Assembly (NCBI GenBank): GCA_032654565.1
Contig: JAULAX010000009.1
Span: 1-64,000 of the forward strand
Length of the DNA stretch: 64,000 bases
DNA from: Anaeromyxobacteraceae bacterium
GTDB lineage: Bacteria > Myxococcota > Myxococcia > Myxococcales > Anaeromyxobacteraceae
Reading direction: 5' to 3'
The notes under the pieces are model-generated. The model ran no database searches. It was not told the DNA's origin and saw nothing but the letters and a program-made list of their open reading frames with translations. A program made the position numbers and the translations under genes. Of this stretch, positions 28,800 to 38,749 are shown in pieces (position 1 is the first letter of the stretch; each line of letters starts with the position of its first letter).

Positions 28800-29441
28800 A
28801 TGGCCGATCAGGACATGGTGAGCGAGCCGCCCGCGCCACAGGTCTACGTCGTCGACGACGACCGCCAGGTCCTCCGGACCACGGTCCGCATCCTCACCGG
28901 CGCGGGCTACCGGGTCGAGTCCTACGACTCGCCCGTCACCTTCCTCGACGAGGCCGGGCTGACGCCTCCCTGCTGCCTCGTCCTCGACTTCCAGATGCCG
29001 GGCCTGAATGGCCTGGAGGTCCAGGCCCGGCTCGCCGACTCGCCGGTCGCGCCCGCGGTGGTCTTCATCTCCGGCGGGGCCGACATCTCGACCTCGGTGC
29101 GCGCCATGAAGGCGGGCGCCCAGGACTTCCTGGAGAAGCCCTTCGACGCCAAGGTCCTGCTGGAGGCCGTGAGGATTGGGCTGGAGAAGGCCGAGGCCCG
29201 GCTGGCGATCCAGGTCGACGCCAGCGAGGCCAGGAAGCGGCTGGGCCGGCTGACGCCGCGGGAGCGCGAGGTCTGCGATCTGGTGGTGGCCGGGATGAAG
29301 AGCCGCGAGGCTGCCGAGGCGCTGGGGGTCGCCGAGAAGACCGTCTCGATCCACCGCAGCCGGGTGATGGGGAAGCTGGGGGTCCAGTCGGTGGCCGAGC
29401 TGGTGCGGCTGATGGACCGGGCGTCGGAGCCCGGCACCTGA
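28800..29441 (+). CDS. FixJ-family response regulator
   Basis: VYVVDDD, LVLDFQMPG, AMKAGAQDFLEKP, LTPREREV, HRSRVMGKL. Confidence 0.92.
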   Translation: MADQDMVSEPPAPQVYVVDDDRQVLRTTVRILTGAGYRVESYDSPVTFLDEAGLTPPCCLVLDFQMPGLNGLEVQARLADSPVAPAVVFISGGADISTSVRAMKAGAQDFLEKPFDAKVLLEAVRIGLEKAEARLAIQVDASEARKRLGRLTPREREVCDLVVAGMKSREAAEALGVAEKTVSIHRSRVMGKLGVQSVAELVRLMDRASEPGT

Positions 29442-29449
29442 CCCGCGGA

Positions 29450-30370
29450 CTACCGGGCCGCGGCCCCGGCCAGCTCCAGCAGCAGCGGCGCCACCCCGGT
29501 CAGGTCCTCCACCGCCTCCACCCGCGCCGCCGCCGGACCGAAGCCGAGCACCGGCACCCGGGCCAGGGTGTGGTTGCGGGTGGACAGGTCCTCGAGGTTC
29601 CCGTGATCGCTCGTCACCACCAGTGAATCACCCGGCCCCAGCCCGGCCACCAGCGCCCGCAGGAAGCGATCGAGCCGGTCGAGCGCGTCGAGGGCGCGCG
29701 GCAGGGAGCGGGCGTGGCCGGCCTCGTCGGTCTCGAAGAACTCGAAGGCGGCCAGGTCGGCGCCGGCGGCCACCTCCTGGAAGATCCGGGCCGCCTCCTC
29801 GGGGGTCCGGCGGGGCAGCTCCAGCCCCAGCTCCGCGGCCCGCCGCGCCGTCAGGTCGTGGGTCAGCCCCTCCCCGGCCCGGGCCTGCGCGAAGGTGCGG
29901 AAGGTGCCGCCCCCGGCGGCGAAGGCCACGGTGGTGGCCGAGGCCCGGACCCGGCGGGGCATGGCGAACTCCGGCTCCCCCTCGGCCGGGTAGCCGAGGG
30001 CCCGCAGGTAGGCCACCGGGTAGGCGTTGACGAAGACGGCGCGCCGCCCCGCCTCGGCGAGGCGGCGGTAGATGGAGCGCTCCTGCAGCAGGGCCCGCAG
30101 CCGTGGGTTGGGGAAGCCGAGCAGGTGCTTGCCGAGGAGCGCCGGGGCGTTCTCGCCGGTGAGGATGGTGGTCTGCCCGGTGGCCGACTGCGGCCGCCCC
30201 TCCACGCCCAGCCTTGCGTCGGCCAGCCCGGCCCGGCCGCCCGACGGCAGCGCCGTCCCGCTCCCGTCCTCGAAGCGCGAGAGCAGGAAGGGGCGGTGGG
30301 CGAGCGGGTTCAGCGACGGGTCGGGCCGTCCGGCGCCGACACCGTCGACGAAGACGAAGAGGACGGGCAC
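29450..30370 (-). CDS. Alkaline-phosphatase-superfamily metalloenzyme (phosphoglycerate mutase-like)
   Basis: FVDGVG, PQSATGQT, TDEAGH, TSDHGNLED, HT metal-binding motifs. Confidence 0.82.
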   Translation of the reverse strand: MPVLFVFVDGVGAGRPDPSLNPLAHRPFLLSRFEDGSGTALPSGGRAGLADARLGVEGRPQSATGQTTILTGENAPALLGKHLLGFPNPRLRALLQERSIYRRLAEAGRRAVFVNAYPVAYLRALGYPAEGEPEFAMPRRVRASATTVAFAAGGGTFRTFAQARAGEGLTHDLTARRAAELGLELPRRTPEEAARIFQEVAAGADLAAFEFFETDEAGHARSLPRALDALDRLDRFLRALVAGLGPGDSLVVTSDHGNLEDLSTRNHTLARVPVLGFGPAAARVEAVEDLTGVAPLLLELAGAAAR

Positions 30371-30460
30371 CGGCTCATGATAACCGCCCCCGCTTTCCAT
30401 CGCCCGCTTCCCGCTCCGGGGCTATTCTCCCGCCGCCGCCGCCACCACCCGAGAGCCCCG

Positions 30461-31744
30461 ATGCCCCGCCTCCCCGACCACCGCTTCGACGCCGACTGCA
30501 CCATCGTGGTCGACGGCCGGCAGGTCGCCGCCCGCGCCGGTGAGCCCATCGCCGCCGCCCTGCTCGCCGCTGGCCGCCCGCTCATGGCCCGCAGCGCCAA
30601 GTACCACCGGCCGCGCGGCCCCTTCTGCCTGGCCGGCAGCTGCCAGTCCTGCCTGGTGCGCATCGACGGCCAGCCCAACCTGCGCGCCTGCCGGACCCCC
30701 TGCGCCCCCGGCCTGGTGGTCGAGACCCAGCACGCCTTCCCCACCGCCGCGCACGACCTGCTCGGCCTCATCGACCTGGCCACACCGGGCGGGCTCGACC
30801 ACCACCACCTCGGCACCTCCAGCCTGCCCTTCAACCAGGCGGTGGTGGCCTTCTCGCGCCGGCTGGCCGGCGTCGGCAAGCTCCCCGACCAGCCCCTGGC
30901 CTCTCCGGCCACGCCGACCCCGGAGCACTTCGACGCCCTGGTGATCGGCGCCGGGCCGGCCGGGCTCTCGGCGGCCGAGGCGCTGGCCCTGGCCGGGCGG
31001 CGGGTCCTGCTGGCCGACTCGGAGCCGCGCGCCGGCGGCCGGCTGCGCTGCGGCTACCGGCTGCCCGGCGAGCCGCCGCTCTCGCTGGCCGCCGAGGTCG
31101 AGGCCCGGGTGCGGGCGGCCGGCGGTGAGCTGGCCCTCGAGGCGCCGGTGCTCGGGCTCTGGGTCGACGGCGGCGTGGTGACGGCGCTCCTCCACCAGCG
31201 CGGCCCCCCGGCCCGGCTGCGGCTGGTGCGCCCGGGGCGGGTGCTGCTCTGCGCCGGCGGCACCGCGGTGCCGGCCGGGATCGAGGACGGCGATCGCCCG
31301 GGCGTGCTCTGGGGTCGCGGCCTGGCGGTGGCGCTGGCCGAGCACGGCACGGTGCCGGGGCGGCGCGCCGCGGTGCTGGGGCGCGGCGACGAGGCCGACG
31401 CGCTCTCGGCCCGGCTGGTGGAGGCCGGGATGGCCGTGGCCCGGGTGGCCGCGGCGCGCCGGGTGCTGGGGCGGGCCCGGGTGCGCGGGCTGGTCGGCGG
31501 GGGTGGCGAGCGCCACGCCTGCGACACCGTGGCGGTGGTCCAGCCGCCGGCCCCGGCCACCGACCTGGCCCGGCTGCTGGGCGCGCCGGTGGCCTTCGAG
31601 GCCGCCGCCTTCGCCGTCACCGCCGACCGCCACGGCCGGACCGCGGTGCCCGGGCTCTTCGCCGCCGGCGAGGTGACCGGGGCCATGGACGCCGCCGCCG
31701 CCGCCGAGGCGGGGCGCCGCGCCGGGGAGGCCGCCCGTGGGTAA
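30461..31744 (+). CDS. 2Fe-2S/FAD oxidoreductase, sarcosine oxidase alpha / proline dehydrogenase alpha-like
   Basis: [15 protein letters not shown]...[19 protein letters not shown]. Confidence 0.85.
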   Translation: MPRLPDHRFDADCTIVVDGRQVAARAGEPIAAALLAAGRPLMARSAKYHRPRGPFCLAGSCQSCLVRIDGQPNLRACRTPCAPGLVVETQHAFPTAAHDLLGLIDLATPGGLDHHHLGTSSLPFNQAVVAFSRRLAGVGKLPDQPLASPATPTPEHFDALVIGAGPAGLSAAEALALAGRRVLLADSEPRAGGRLRCGYRLPGEPPLSLAAEVEARVRAAGGELALEAPVLGLWVDGGVVTALLHQRGPPARLRLVRPGRVLLCAGGTAVPAGIEDGDRPGVLWGRGLAVALAEHGTVPGRRAAVLGRGDEADALSARLVEAGMAVARVAAARRVLGRARVRGLVGGGGERHACDTVAVVQPPAPATDLARLLGAPVAFEAAAFAVTADRHGRTAVPGLFAAGEVTGAMDAAAAAEAGRRAGEAARG

Positions 31745-33222
31745 GACGCTGCTCTGCGCCTGCGAGGACGTCTCGCTCGAGGAGGTGCGCCGCGCCTTCG
31801 CCGCCGGCCACCGCGACATGGAGTCGGTGAAGCGCTACACCGGCTTCGGCACCGGCCCGTGCCAGGGGAAGAGCTGTCTCACCCTGGTGGCGCGCGAGCT
31901 GTTGCGGCTCGGCGCCACGCCCGGCGAGATCGCCCCCTTCACCGCCCGCCCGCCCCGCGAGCCGACCACGCTGGCGGCGCTGGCGGCGCTCGACCCCGAC
32001 ATCCTGCCGGTGGGCCACGCCGGCGTCCCCCCCGAGGCGCCGCCGCTGGCGCCCGGCCCCGCCGCCCTGGCGCCGCTCCCGGAGCGGGCCGACGTGGTGA
32101 TCATCGGCGGCGGCATCCTCGGGCTCTCGCTGGCCTACGAGCTGGCCAAGCGCGGGACCCGCGACGTGCTGGTGCTGGACCAGGCCTACCTGAACGCCGG
32201 GGCCTCGGGGCGCAACGGCGGCGGGGTGCGGGCCCAGTGGTCCACCTCCGACCTGGTGACGCTGGCGCTCCGCTCGCTGGCGATCTGCCGTCGCTTCGCC
32301 GTCGACCTCGGCATCAACGTCTGGTTCCGGCCGGGCGGCTACCTGTTCCTGGCCCCCGACGGCGCGCAGGTGGCCCGGCTGGAGCGGAACGCCGCGCTCC
32401 ACGCCCGCCACGGCATGCGCACCCGGCTGCTCACCCCGGACCAGGCGCTGGAGGTGGTGCCGCACCTCGACCCGTCGCGCTTCGTGGCCGCCTCCTGGAA
32501 CCCCGGACGACGGCGTGGTCTTCCCCTGGCCGTTCCTGTGGGGCTACGCCACCCGGGCCGAGGCCATGGGGGTGAAGGTGCGCACCTTCGCCGCCGTCAA
32601 CGGGCTGCGCCGCGCCGGCGGCCGCATCACCCACGTGGAGACCAGCCGTGGGGTGGTGGCCTGCGACCTGGTGGTCAACGCCGCCGGGGCCTGGTCGAAG
32701 CAGGTGGCGGCGCTGGCCGGCGTGGCCACGCCCAACCGGCCCACCCGCCACGAGATCCTGGTGGGCGAGCCGCTCGAGCCGTTCCTCGACCCGCTGGTGT
32801 CGCTGCTCGGCACCGGCCTCTACTTCTCGCAGTCGCAGCGCGGCGAGCTGGTGGGCGGCATGGGCGACCCCGGCGAGCCGGAGGGGCTGGCCATGGGCTC
32901 GACGCTCCGCTTCCTGGCCCGCTTCGCCCGGGCCTCGACCCGCATCATGCCGAGGCTCGGCGGCGTCAAGGTGGTGCGCCAGTGGGCCGGCTGCTACGAC
33001 GTCACGCCGGACAACAACCCCATCCTCGGGCCGGCCGGCTTCGCCAACTTCCACCAGCTCCACGGCTTCGTCGGCCACGGCTTCATGATGGCCCCCGCCA
33101 TGGCCGAGCTCTACGCCGACTGGCTCACCGGCCGCGGCAAGCACGAGCTCTTCGACCGCTTCTCGCTGGCGCGGTTCGCCGGGCCGGAGCGCGCCGTGCG
33201 CGAGGACTTCATCATCGGGTAG
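31737..33222 (+). pseudogene. BFD-like [2Fe-2S] + FAD-dependent amine oxidase (sarcosine oxidase beta-like) with a 1-nt frameshift near 32501-32504
   Basis: CACEDV...[32 protein letters not shown] in one frame; FPWPFLWG...[10 protein letters not shown]...GHGFMMAP in the next; removing one C restores [10 protein letters not shown]. Confidence 0.82.
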
Positions 33223-33231
33223 AGTGCCTCC

Positions 33232-34062
33232 ATGTCCCTCGGAAAGACCATCGCCTTCCTCGGCGCCGGCAACATGGCGGAGGCCCTGATGAAGGGGCTG
33301 CTCCGCGCCCACGTCGCCGCCCCCAACGAGATCATCTGCACCGACAAGCGCGGCGAGCGCGGCCCGGAGCTGACCCACAAGTACGGCGTCCGCTTCCTCA
33401 AGGACAACCTGGCCGCGGTGCGCGAGGCGTCCATCGTGGTGCTCTCGGTCAAGCCCCAGGCCATGAACAAGCTGCTCGAGGAGATCAAGCCGGCCCTCGA
33501 CGAGACCAAGCTGGTCATCTCCATCGCCGCCGGCGTGCCCATCGAGGCCATCGAGCGCAAGGTCGGCCACGGGGTGCGCATCATCCGCACCATGCCCAAC
33601 ACCCCGGCGCTGGTCGGTGCCGGGGCCACGGCGCTGGCCCCCGGCGAGCACGCCACCGAGGCCGACCTGACCCAGGCCCGCGCCCTCTTCGAGGCGGTGG
33701 GCATGGCGGTGGTGGTGGAGGAGCCGCTCCTCGACGCCGTCACCGGCCTCTCCGGCTCCGGGCCGGCCTACATCTTCCTGATCATCGAGGCGCTCGCCGA
33801 CGGCGGCGTCAAGGCCGGGCTGGCCCGCGACCAGGCCCAGGAGCTGGCGGCCCAGACCGTGCTCGGCTCGGCCAAGCTGCTCATCGAGACCGGCGAGCAC
33901 CCCGGCCGCCTCAAGGACCAGGTGACCAGCCCGGGCGGCACCGCCATCGCCGGCCTCCACACCCTCGAGGCCGGCGGCCTGCGCACCACGCTGATGGACG
34001 CGGTGGAGTCGGCCACCAACCGCTCCCGCGAGCTGGGCAAGAAATTCCTCGAGCAGGAGTGA
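33232..34062 (+). CDS. proC: Pyrroline-5-carboxylate reductase
   Basis: [40 protein letters not shown]. Confidence 0.97.
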   Translation: MSLGKTIAFLGAGNMAEALMKGLLRAHVAAPNEIICTDKRGERGPELTHKYGVRFLKDNLAAVREASIVVLSVKPQAMNKLLEEIKPALDETKLVISIAAGVPIEAIERKVGHGVRIIRTMPNTPALVGAGATALAPGEHATEADLTQARALFEAVGMAVVVEEPLLDAVTGLSGSGPAYIFLIIEALADGGVKAGLARDQAQELAAQTVLGSAKLLIETGEHPGRLKDQVTSPGGTAIAGLHTLEAGGLRTTLMDAVESATNRSRELGKKFLEQE

Positions 34063-34064
34063 CC

Positions 34065-34769
34065 ATGCGCCTCCACCGCCTCGCCTCGCTGGCCGCCCTG
34101 GCCGTGGCCCTCTCCTCCGCCGGCTGCGCCCCGCTCGCGGTGGTGCCGGACGCCGAGCGGGCCCGGACCCACGCCGCGCTCGACGGCCAGTCCCGCTGGC
34201 TGCGGGTGGCGGTCTCGGCCTCGCCGCTCTTCGGCGATCGCGGCAAGCTGCTGCTGCTCGACGCCCCGGCCGCCGAGGTGGACCTGCTACGGGCCACCGA
34301 CGACTCCATCATCCCGCCGCCGGCCGCCGAGCGGGTCCTCCCGCCGGGGACGCCGGTCCGCGTCGAGCGGGTGGAGTTCCCCACCGGGCTGGTGATCGCC
34401 GGGCGCGCCGTGATGTCGCCCCGCTACCACCCCTGGGTCTACCTGAAGCTGGCCGGCGAGGAGCGCCCCGCCGTGGTGGTGCTCTCCCACGCCAACGTCA
34501 CCGCCGACGCCCTCCTCGACGAGCTGGGCCGGGTGCTGACGGTCGACGATCCCTCGCGGACCCTGGCGGCGCTGCCCCAGGACCAGCGCGACGCCATCGG
34601 CCGCCGTGAGCTGCTCGACGGGATGAGCACCCGGGCCGTGGAGATGGCCTGGGGCGTCCCGGAGAAGATCAGGATCGACCGGCCGGCGGCGACCGAGGAG
34701 TGGTCCTGGCCGGCCGGGAAGCGTCGCGCCTGGTTCCAGGACGAGAAGCTGCAGCGCTGGTCGCGCTGA
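34065..34769 (+). CDS. Hypothetical lipoprotein
   Basis: Lipobox SSAGC; C-terminal [14 protein letters not shown]mpA/OmlA-like segment; GGAG upstream. Confidence 0.72.
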   Translation: MRLHRLASLAALAVALSSAGCAPLAVVPDAERARTHAALDGQSRWLRVAVSASPLFGDRGKLLLLDAPAAEVDLLRATDDSIIPPPAAERVLPPGTPVRVERVEFPTGLVIAGRAVMSPRYHPWVYLKLAGEERPAVVVLSHANVTADALLDELGRVLTVDDPSRTLAALPQDQRDAIGRRELLDGMSTRAVEMAWGVPEKIRIDRPAATEEWSWPAGKRRAWFQDEKLQRWSR

Positions 34770-35400
34770 GCGCCACGCCCAGGGCCGCGGCCCAGCAGGC
34801 GCCGGCCCGGAGCTGCGCCACCAGCCCGGCCTCGTCGGCCACCGGCTCGCGGAAGAGCGTCGCCGCCGTCCCCAGCTCGGCCAGGGAGGCGAGCGCGCCG
34901 GAGCCGCCCACGCAGGGGAGCGCCAGGTGGTCGGCCGCCTCCACCGCCAGGTCGTTGGTCCGGCCCGGGCTGCGCCCGTGCAGCCCCTCGACGGCGGAGA
35001 GCCCGTCGAGCGTGAAGAGGGCGTCGGCCGAGGCGGGCGCCAGGGCCCGGTTGTAGGGGTGGGCAGCCACCACGACGCCGCCCAGCGCGGCCACCCGGGC
35101 CAGCGCGGCGCGGACCGGGGGCGGGGCGCCGCCGGGGAGCCGGGCCAGCGGCGCCAGCCGCTCCGGGGCGTCGAGGAAGCAGAGGAAGCGGCCGCCGTCG
35201 GTCACCAGGGTGAGGCCGACCAGCGCCAGCACGCCGGTCTCGGCCGCGGCGTCGCGCACCTCCGGCAGCGCCTCCAGGGAGTCGAGGTCGGTGAAGGCGA
35301 CGCCGTCGAGGCCGAGGGCCCGGGCCCGGGCCAACACGTCGAGCGGCCGGAGCGCGCCACCCGGCGACCGGTGGGTGTGGACGTGCAGGTCGATGAGCAT
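34669..35400 (-). CDS. PHP-domain protein
   Basis: [24 protein letters not shown]; several metal ligands look degenerate. Confidence 0.78.
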   Translation of the reverse strand: MLIDLHVHTHRSPGGALRPLDVLARARALGLDGVAFTDLDSLEALPEVRDAAAETGVLALVGLTLVTDGGRFLCFLDAPERLAPLARLPGGAPPPVRAALARVAALGGVVVAAHPYNRALAPASADALFTLDGLSAVEGLHGRSPGRTNDLAVEAADHLALPCVGGSGALASLAELGTAATLFREPVADEAGLVAQLRAGACWAAALGVALSATSAAASRPGTRRDASRPARTTPRSPPAGRS

Positions 35401-35447
35401 GGGGAGGGTATTTTGACACACCCTCACCCGATGGGGATACTCGCGCC

Positions 35448-35636
35448 GTGACCTTCACCGGCGTCAAGGTCTTCTCCGCCACCAAGGCCAAGGACCGCGA
35501 GGAGCTGGGCGAGACCATCACCCGGTGGCTCCGCGCCAACGCGGACCTCGAGGTGGTCGACAAGGTGGTATCCCAGTCTTCCGACGACGAGTTCCACTGC
35601 CTCTCCATCGTCTTCTTCTACCGGCAGAGGGCCTGA
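35448..35636 (+). CDS. Small hypothetical protein (62 aa)
   Basis: Strongly biased codon usage; FTGVKVFSATKAKDREELGE...QSSDDEFHCLSI. Confidence 0.75.
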   Translation: MTFTGVKVFSATKAKDREELGETITRWLRANADLEVVDKVVSQSSDDEFHCLSIVFFYRQRA

Positions 35637-35677
35637 GCTCGAGCGCACCGCGCCCGGGTGACCGCCCGGAGTGACCC

Positions 35678-37063
35678 ATGCGGCTCAAGCAGCGCCCCGA
35701 GGACTTCGTCGTCACCGAGTCGTGGCGGTTCGACGACGATCCGCAGGGCCCCTGGCGCGTCTACCTGATGGACAAGCAGAAGCTCACCACCTTCGAGGCG
35801 GTGGAGCGGATCTGCTCGCGCTTCAAGGTGCCGCGCGCCGACGTCAGCTACTGCGGGCTCAAGGACAAGCAGGGGCGCACCACCCAGCTGGTGGCCGTGA
35901 AGGGGCGCGAGCTCGAGCTGCAGGACGCCGACCTGCGCCTCAAGCTGATGGGGCGCTCCCGCCACCCGCTCTCCGCCAAGAACACCACCTCCAACCGCTT
36001 CGCCGTCACCGTCCGCGACCTCTCCGGCGACGACGTGGCCAAGCTGCCGGCCGCGGTGGCCGAGGTGCAGCGGCTCGGCGTCATCAACTACTTCGACTCG
36101 CAGCGCTTCGGCCCCCTCAAGCACGGGCAGGGCTTCATCGTGAAGGAGCTGATGCGCGGCGACTTCGAGGCGGCGCTGAAGAACGTCATCGCCCACCCCA
36201 GCGAGCTCGACGCCAGCGGCGACGCCCGGGTGAAGCAGTTCTGGAAGGAGAACTGGGGCCACTGGGAGCTGCACAACCCGCACGCCGGCGCCGAGCGCTA
36301 CGAGGCGGTCATCAAGTGGCTGAAGAAGAGCCCCAGCGACTTCCGCGGCGCCATGCTGCGCACCGAGCCGCGCTGGCGGGCCCTGCAGGTCTTCACCTAC
36401 CAGTCCTGGCTCTGGAACGAGGGGGTGCGCCAGTTCCTCCGCGACGTGGTCGGCATCCAGCGGCTGGTCTCGATCCGCTACCAGGCCGGCTCGCTGGTCT
36501 TCCCGCGCGAGCTCGATGGCGAGGCGGCGCGGCGGCTCGACAAGATGACCTTCCCGCTGCTCGGCCCCGACTCGACCTTCACCGACGCCCAGGTGGAGAA
36601 GGCGGCCATGGCGCCGCTGCTGCGCGAGGAGATGTCGCTGGCCTCGCTGGCGGTGCCGAAGACGCCGGAGATCCACTTCGACCACGAGGAGCGGCCGCTG
36701 CTCTCACACCCCGGCCGGCTCACCGTGGGTGACACCCGGCCCGACGACCTCAACGACGGCCGCTTCAAGGTCAACGTCGCCTTCACCCTGCCGCCGGGGG
36801 CCTACGCCACGCTGGTGGTGAAGCGGCTCTTCTGGTGGACGCTGGAGCCGGGGGCGAGGAAGAAGGAGGAGGCCGCCGAGAAGGCCCTGGCCGCCATCCC
36901 GCGCCCGAAGAAGACGGCGCAGCAGATGCACACCGAGCGCAAGGAGACCGGCTTCCTGGCCCGCAAGAAGGCCGCCAAGGCGGCCAAGGCGGCGGCGCGG
37001 GAGACGGCCGCGGCGGCGGTGCGGGCCAAGGCGAAGGCCAATCCGAGGCCGAAGAAGCGCTGA
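35678..37063 (+). CDS. truD: tRNA pseudouridine(13) synthase
   Basis: KQRPEDFVV, CGLKDKQGRTTQ, NYFDSQRFG, FTLPPGAYAT. Confidence 0.92.
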   Translation: MRLKQRPEDFVVTESWRFDDDPQGPWRVYLMDKQKLTTFEAVERICSRFKVPRADVSYCGLKDKQGRTTQLVAVKGRELELQDADLRLKLMGRSRHPLSAKNTTSNRFAVTVRDLSGDDVAKLPAAVAEVQRLGVINYFDSQRFGPLKHGQGFIVKELMRGDFEAALKNVIAHPSELDASGDARVKQFWKENWGHWELHNPHAGAERYEAVIKWLKKSPSDFRGAMLRTEPRWRALQVFTYQSWLWNEGVRQFLRDVVGIQRLVSIRYQAGSLVFPRELDGEAARRLDKMTFPLLGPDSTFTDAQVEKAAMAPLLREEMSLASLAVPKTPEIHFDHEERPLLSHPGRLTVGDTRPDDLNDGRFKVNVAFTLPPGAYATLVVKRLFWWTLEPGARKKEEAAEKALAAIPRPKKTAQQMHTERKETGFLARKKAAKAAKAAARETAAAAVRAKAKANPRPKKR

Positions 37064-37380
37064 TCCGCGCTGGGTCGCCGAAGGCGGACGGGAGCGAAGC
37101 CCGCGAAGGCCGGCGCCGTTCGCCGCAGCAGGCCCGGGGCGGGCGAAGGCGGGCGGTGGCGGACCGGTGGCAGCCGGTGGCGGCCGGGAACCGGGCCAAG
37201 GGCCAGAGGGGCTGAGCGCCGAGACTGTGGACTCTCTCGTTCGCTGCTCAGCATGGCGCTGCTGCGCTTCCGCTGCTCCCTCCTCGGGCGCCGGCCTCGC
37301 AAGGGCGTCGGCTCTCTCGTCACGTCATCGCGCCCGATTCGGGGCACGAGCGACGAAATCGAGCCGAGCAGGTGGCGCCA

Positions 37381-38721
37381 TCAAGCCCTGCGATCAGTTC
37401 GATAGCGCTCCACGCACCGCGCCCCGAACTCGCGGCGCGCCGCCAGGGTGTTATGCGCGTGGCAGACGACGCGGAGGTCGTCGACCGTCTCGCCGCCCCA
37501 GCGCGCCCAGGGGTGGATGTGGTCGAGCTCCAGCCGGTGCGTCGAGCCGCACACGCCGCCGCCGTCGAGCGGCCAGCTGCATCGGCCCTGGTCGCGCTCC
37601 CAGACGGCGCGGCGGACCGCGGCCGGGATGGCCTCCCGCGGGCCGGTCCTGCGGTGATTCGGCGCCGCCGCGTCCGGAGCTGGCGCGATCAATGTCAGTG
37701 GCGGGCCTGCGACCGGCGGCTTGGTGGTCACGCTCGGCGCCGTCGTCGCGGCGCCGCTCCGGGGCTTCTTCACCAGCCCCCGCGCCCTGGCCTGCTTCTC
37801 CAGCAGCAGGTCGAGCGCCGCCTCCAGCGCCTGCTCCATCGTGGCGTGAGGGATGGAGTGGCCGAGCCCCTTGCGCGCGGCCTCGAGCTTCCTCATGAAG
37901 GTGCGGCTGACGTTGACGTGGATCCGGCTTCGGTCGGCGGAGAGAGGCTCGACCTCGTCGCGCCTTGCGACCGCCGCGACCACTCCCCCGAAATCCACTT
38001 TGGGCGCCCAAAGTTGCGAAGGAGGGGCTCCGGTCGGGGTGGGCGAGGACTCGGACGTGCCCGCGTCCCAGCCACCAAGCGCGCCAGCGGTCGAAACCAG
38101 CGCCACCCCAGCCGTTCGCGTCGGCGAGGCCTCGAATGTGGCCGCACCCGCGCCACCAGCGCCACCAGCGCCACCAGCGGCGGCAGCGGCGGCAGCGGCG
38201 GCAGCGGTCGAGACGAACGCCACCCCAGGCACTCGCGTCACCACCGTACGCGTGGCCGGAGCCTCGCGAGGCTGCAGCTCGGCGACGATCTCCTTGGCCT
38301 CGCGCGTGGAGATGCCGAGGAATCGAGGCAGCACCGCTTCCTTGTTCTCCGCCGACAACACCTTGGCCAGCTCGGCCATCGTGGTGAGGCAGAGTTCGCC
38401 TCGCCGGAGGGGAGCGATGAGGTCGGGGAAGCGCTGGAGCAGGCGCGCCGCTTCCTGCCGCCAGAAGGTCGGGGCCGGCGAGAGTCCCAGCTCGGAGTGG
38501 ATGAAGGCGAAGAGGTTGGCATGCCCGAGCGCCTCCCATCCGCGGCGACGGTCGAAGTCGGCCAGCGCGACGAGGAAGTCGGCCATGGCGGCCTGCTCCT
38601 TCCGCAAGAGGGCCTTGAGCGCATCGCGCTGTTGCCGTGCTTCCAGGAGTTCGAGGGAGAGGGAGGCCGCTCCGTGAGTCGAAGCCGCGGCCGAGGACAT
38701 GGTCGGTTGCGCGTTGATCAT
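37381..38721 (-). CDS. DUF222-like / HNH endonuclease protein, probably mobile
   Basis: C-terminal AVRRAVWERDQGRC...C...LELDHIHP..GG..DDLRVVCHAHN; N-terminal LADFDRRRGWEALGH helical domain; more A/T-ending codons than its neighbours. Confidence 0.85.
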   Translation of the reverse strand: MINAQPTMSSAAASTHGAASLSLELLEARQQRDALKALLRKEQAAMADFLVALADFDRRRGWEALGHANLFAFIHSELGLSPAPTFWRQEAARLLQRFPDLIAPLRRGELCLTTMAELAKVLSAENKEAVLPRFLGISTREAKEIVAELQPREAPATRTVVTRVPGVAFVSTAAAAAAAAAAGGAGGAGGAGAATFEASPTRTAGVALVSTAGALGGWDAGTSESSPTPTGAPPSQLWAPKVDFGGVVAAVARRDEVEPLSADRSRIHVNVSRTFMRKLEAARKGLGHSIPHATMEQALEAALDLLLEKQARARGLVKKPRSGAATTAPSVTTKPPVAGPPLTLIAPAPDAAAPNHRRTGPREAIPAAVRRAVWERDQGRCSWPLDGGGVCGSTHRLELDHIHPWARWGGETVDDLRVVCHAHNTLAARREFGARCVERYRTDRRA

Positions 38722-38727
38722 TCACGC

Positions 38728-38749
38728 AGCGTCTCATGTGGGTCTGACA
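38728..38749 (-). promoter_or_regulatory. RecA-NDp/PafBC-like promoter motif upstream of the HNH gene
   Basis: TGTCAG-N10-GACGCT-N6-ATG versus actinobacterial consensus TGTCRG-N10-TANNNT. Confidence 0.45.

Noticed and set aside
31737..34769. Apparent 1010-aa fusion ORF
   Set aside because: Caused by the frameshift near 32503; it reads out of frame across proC and rejoins a separate lipoprotein gene at 34065.
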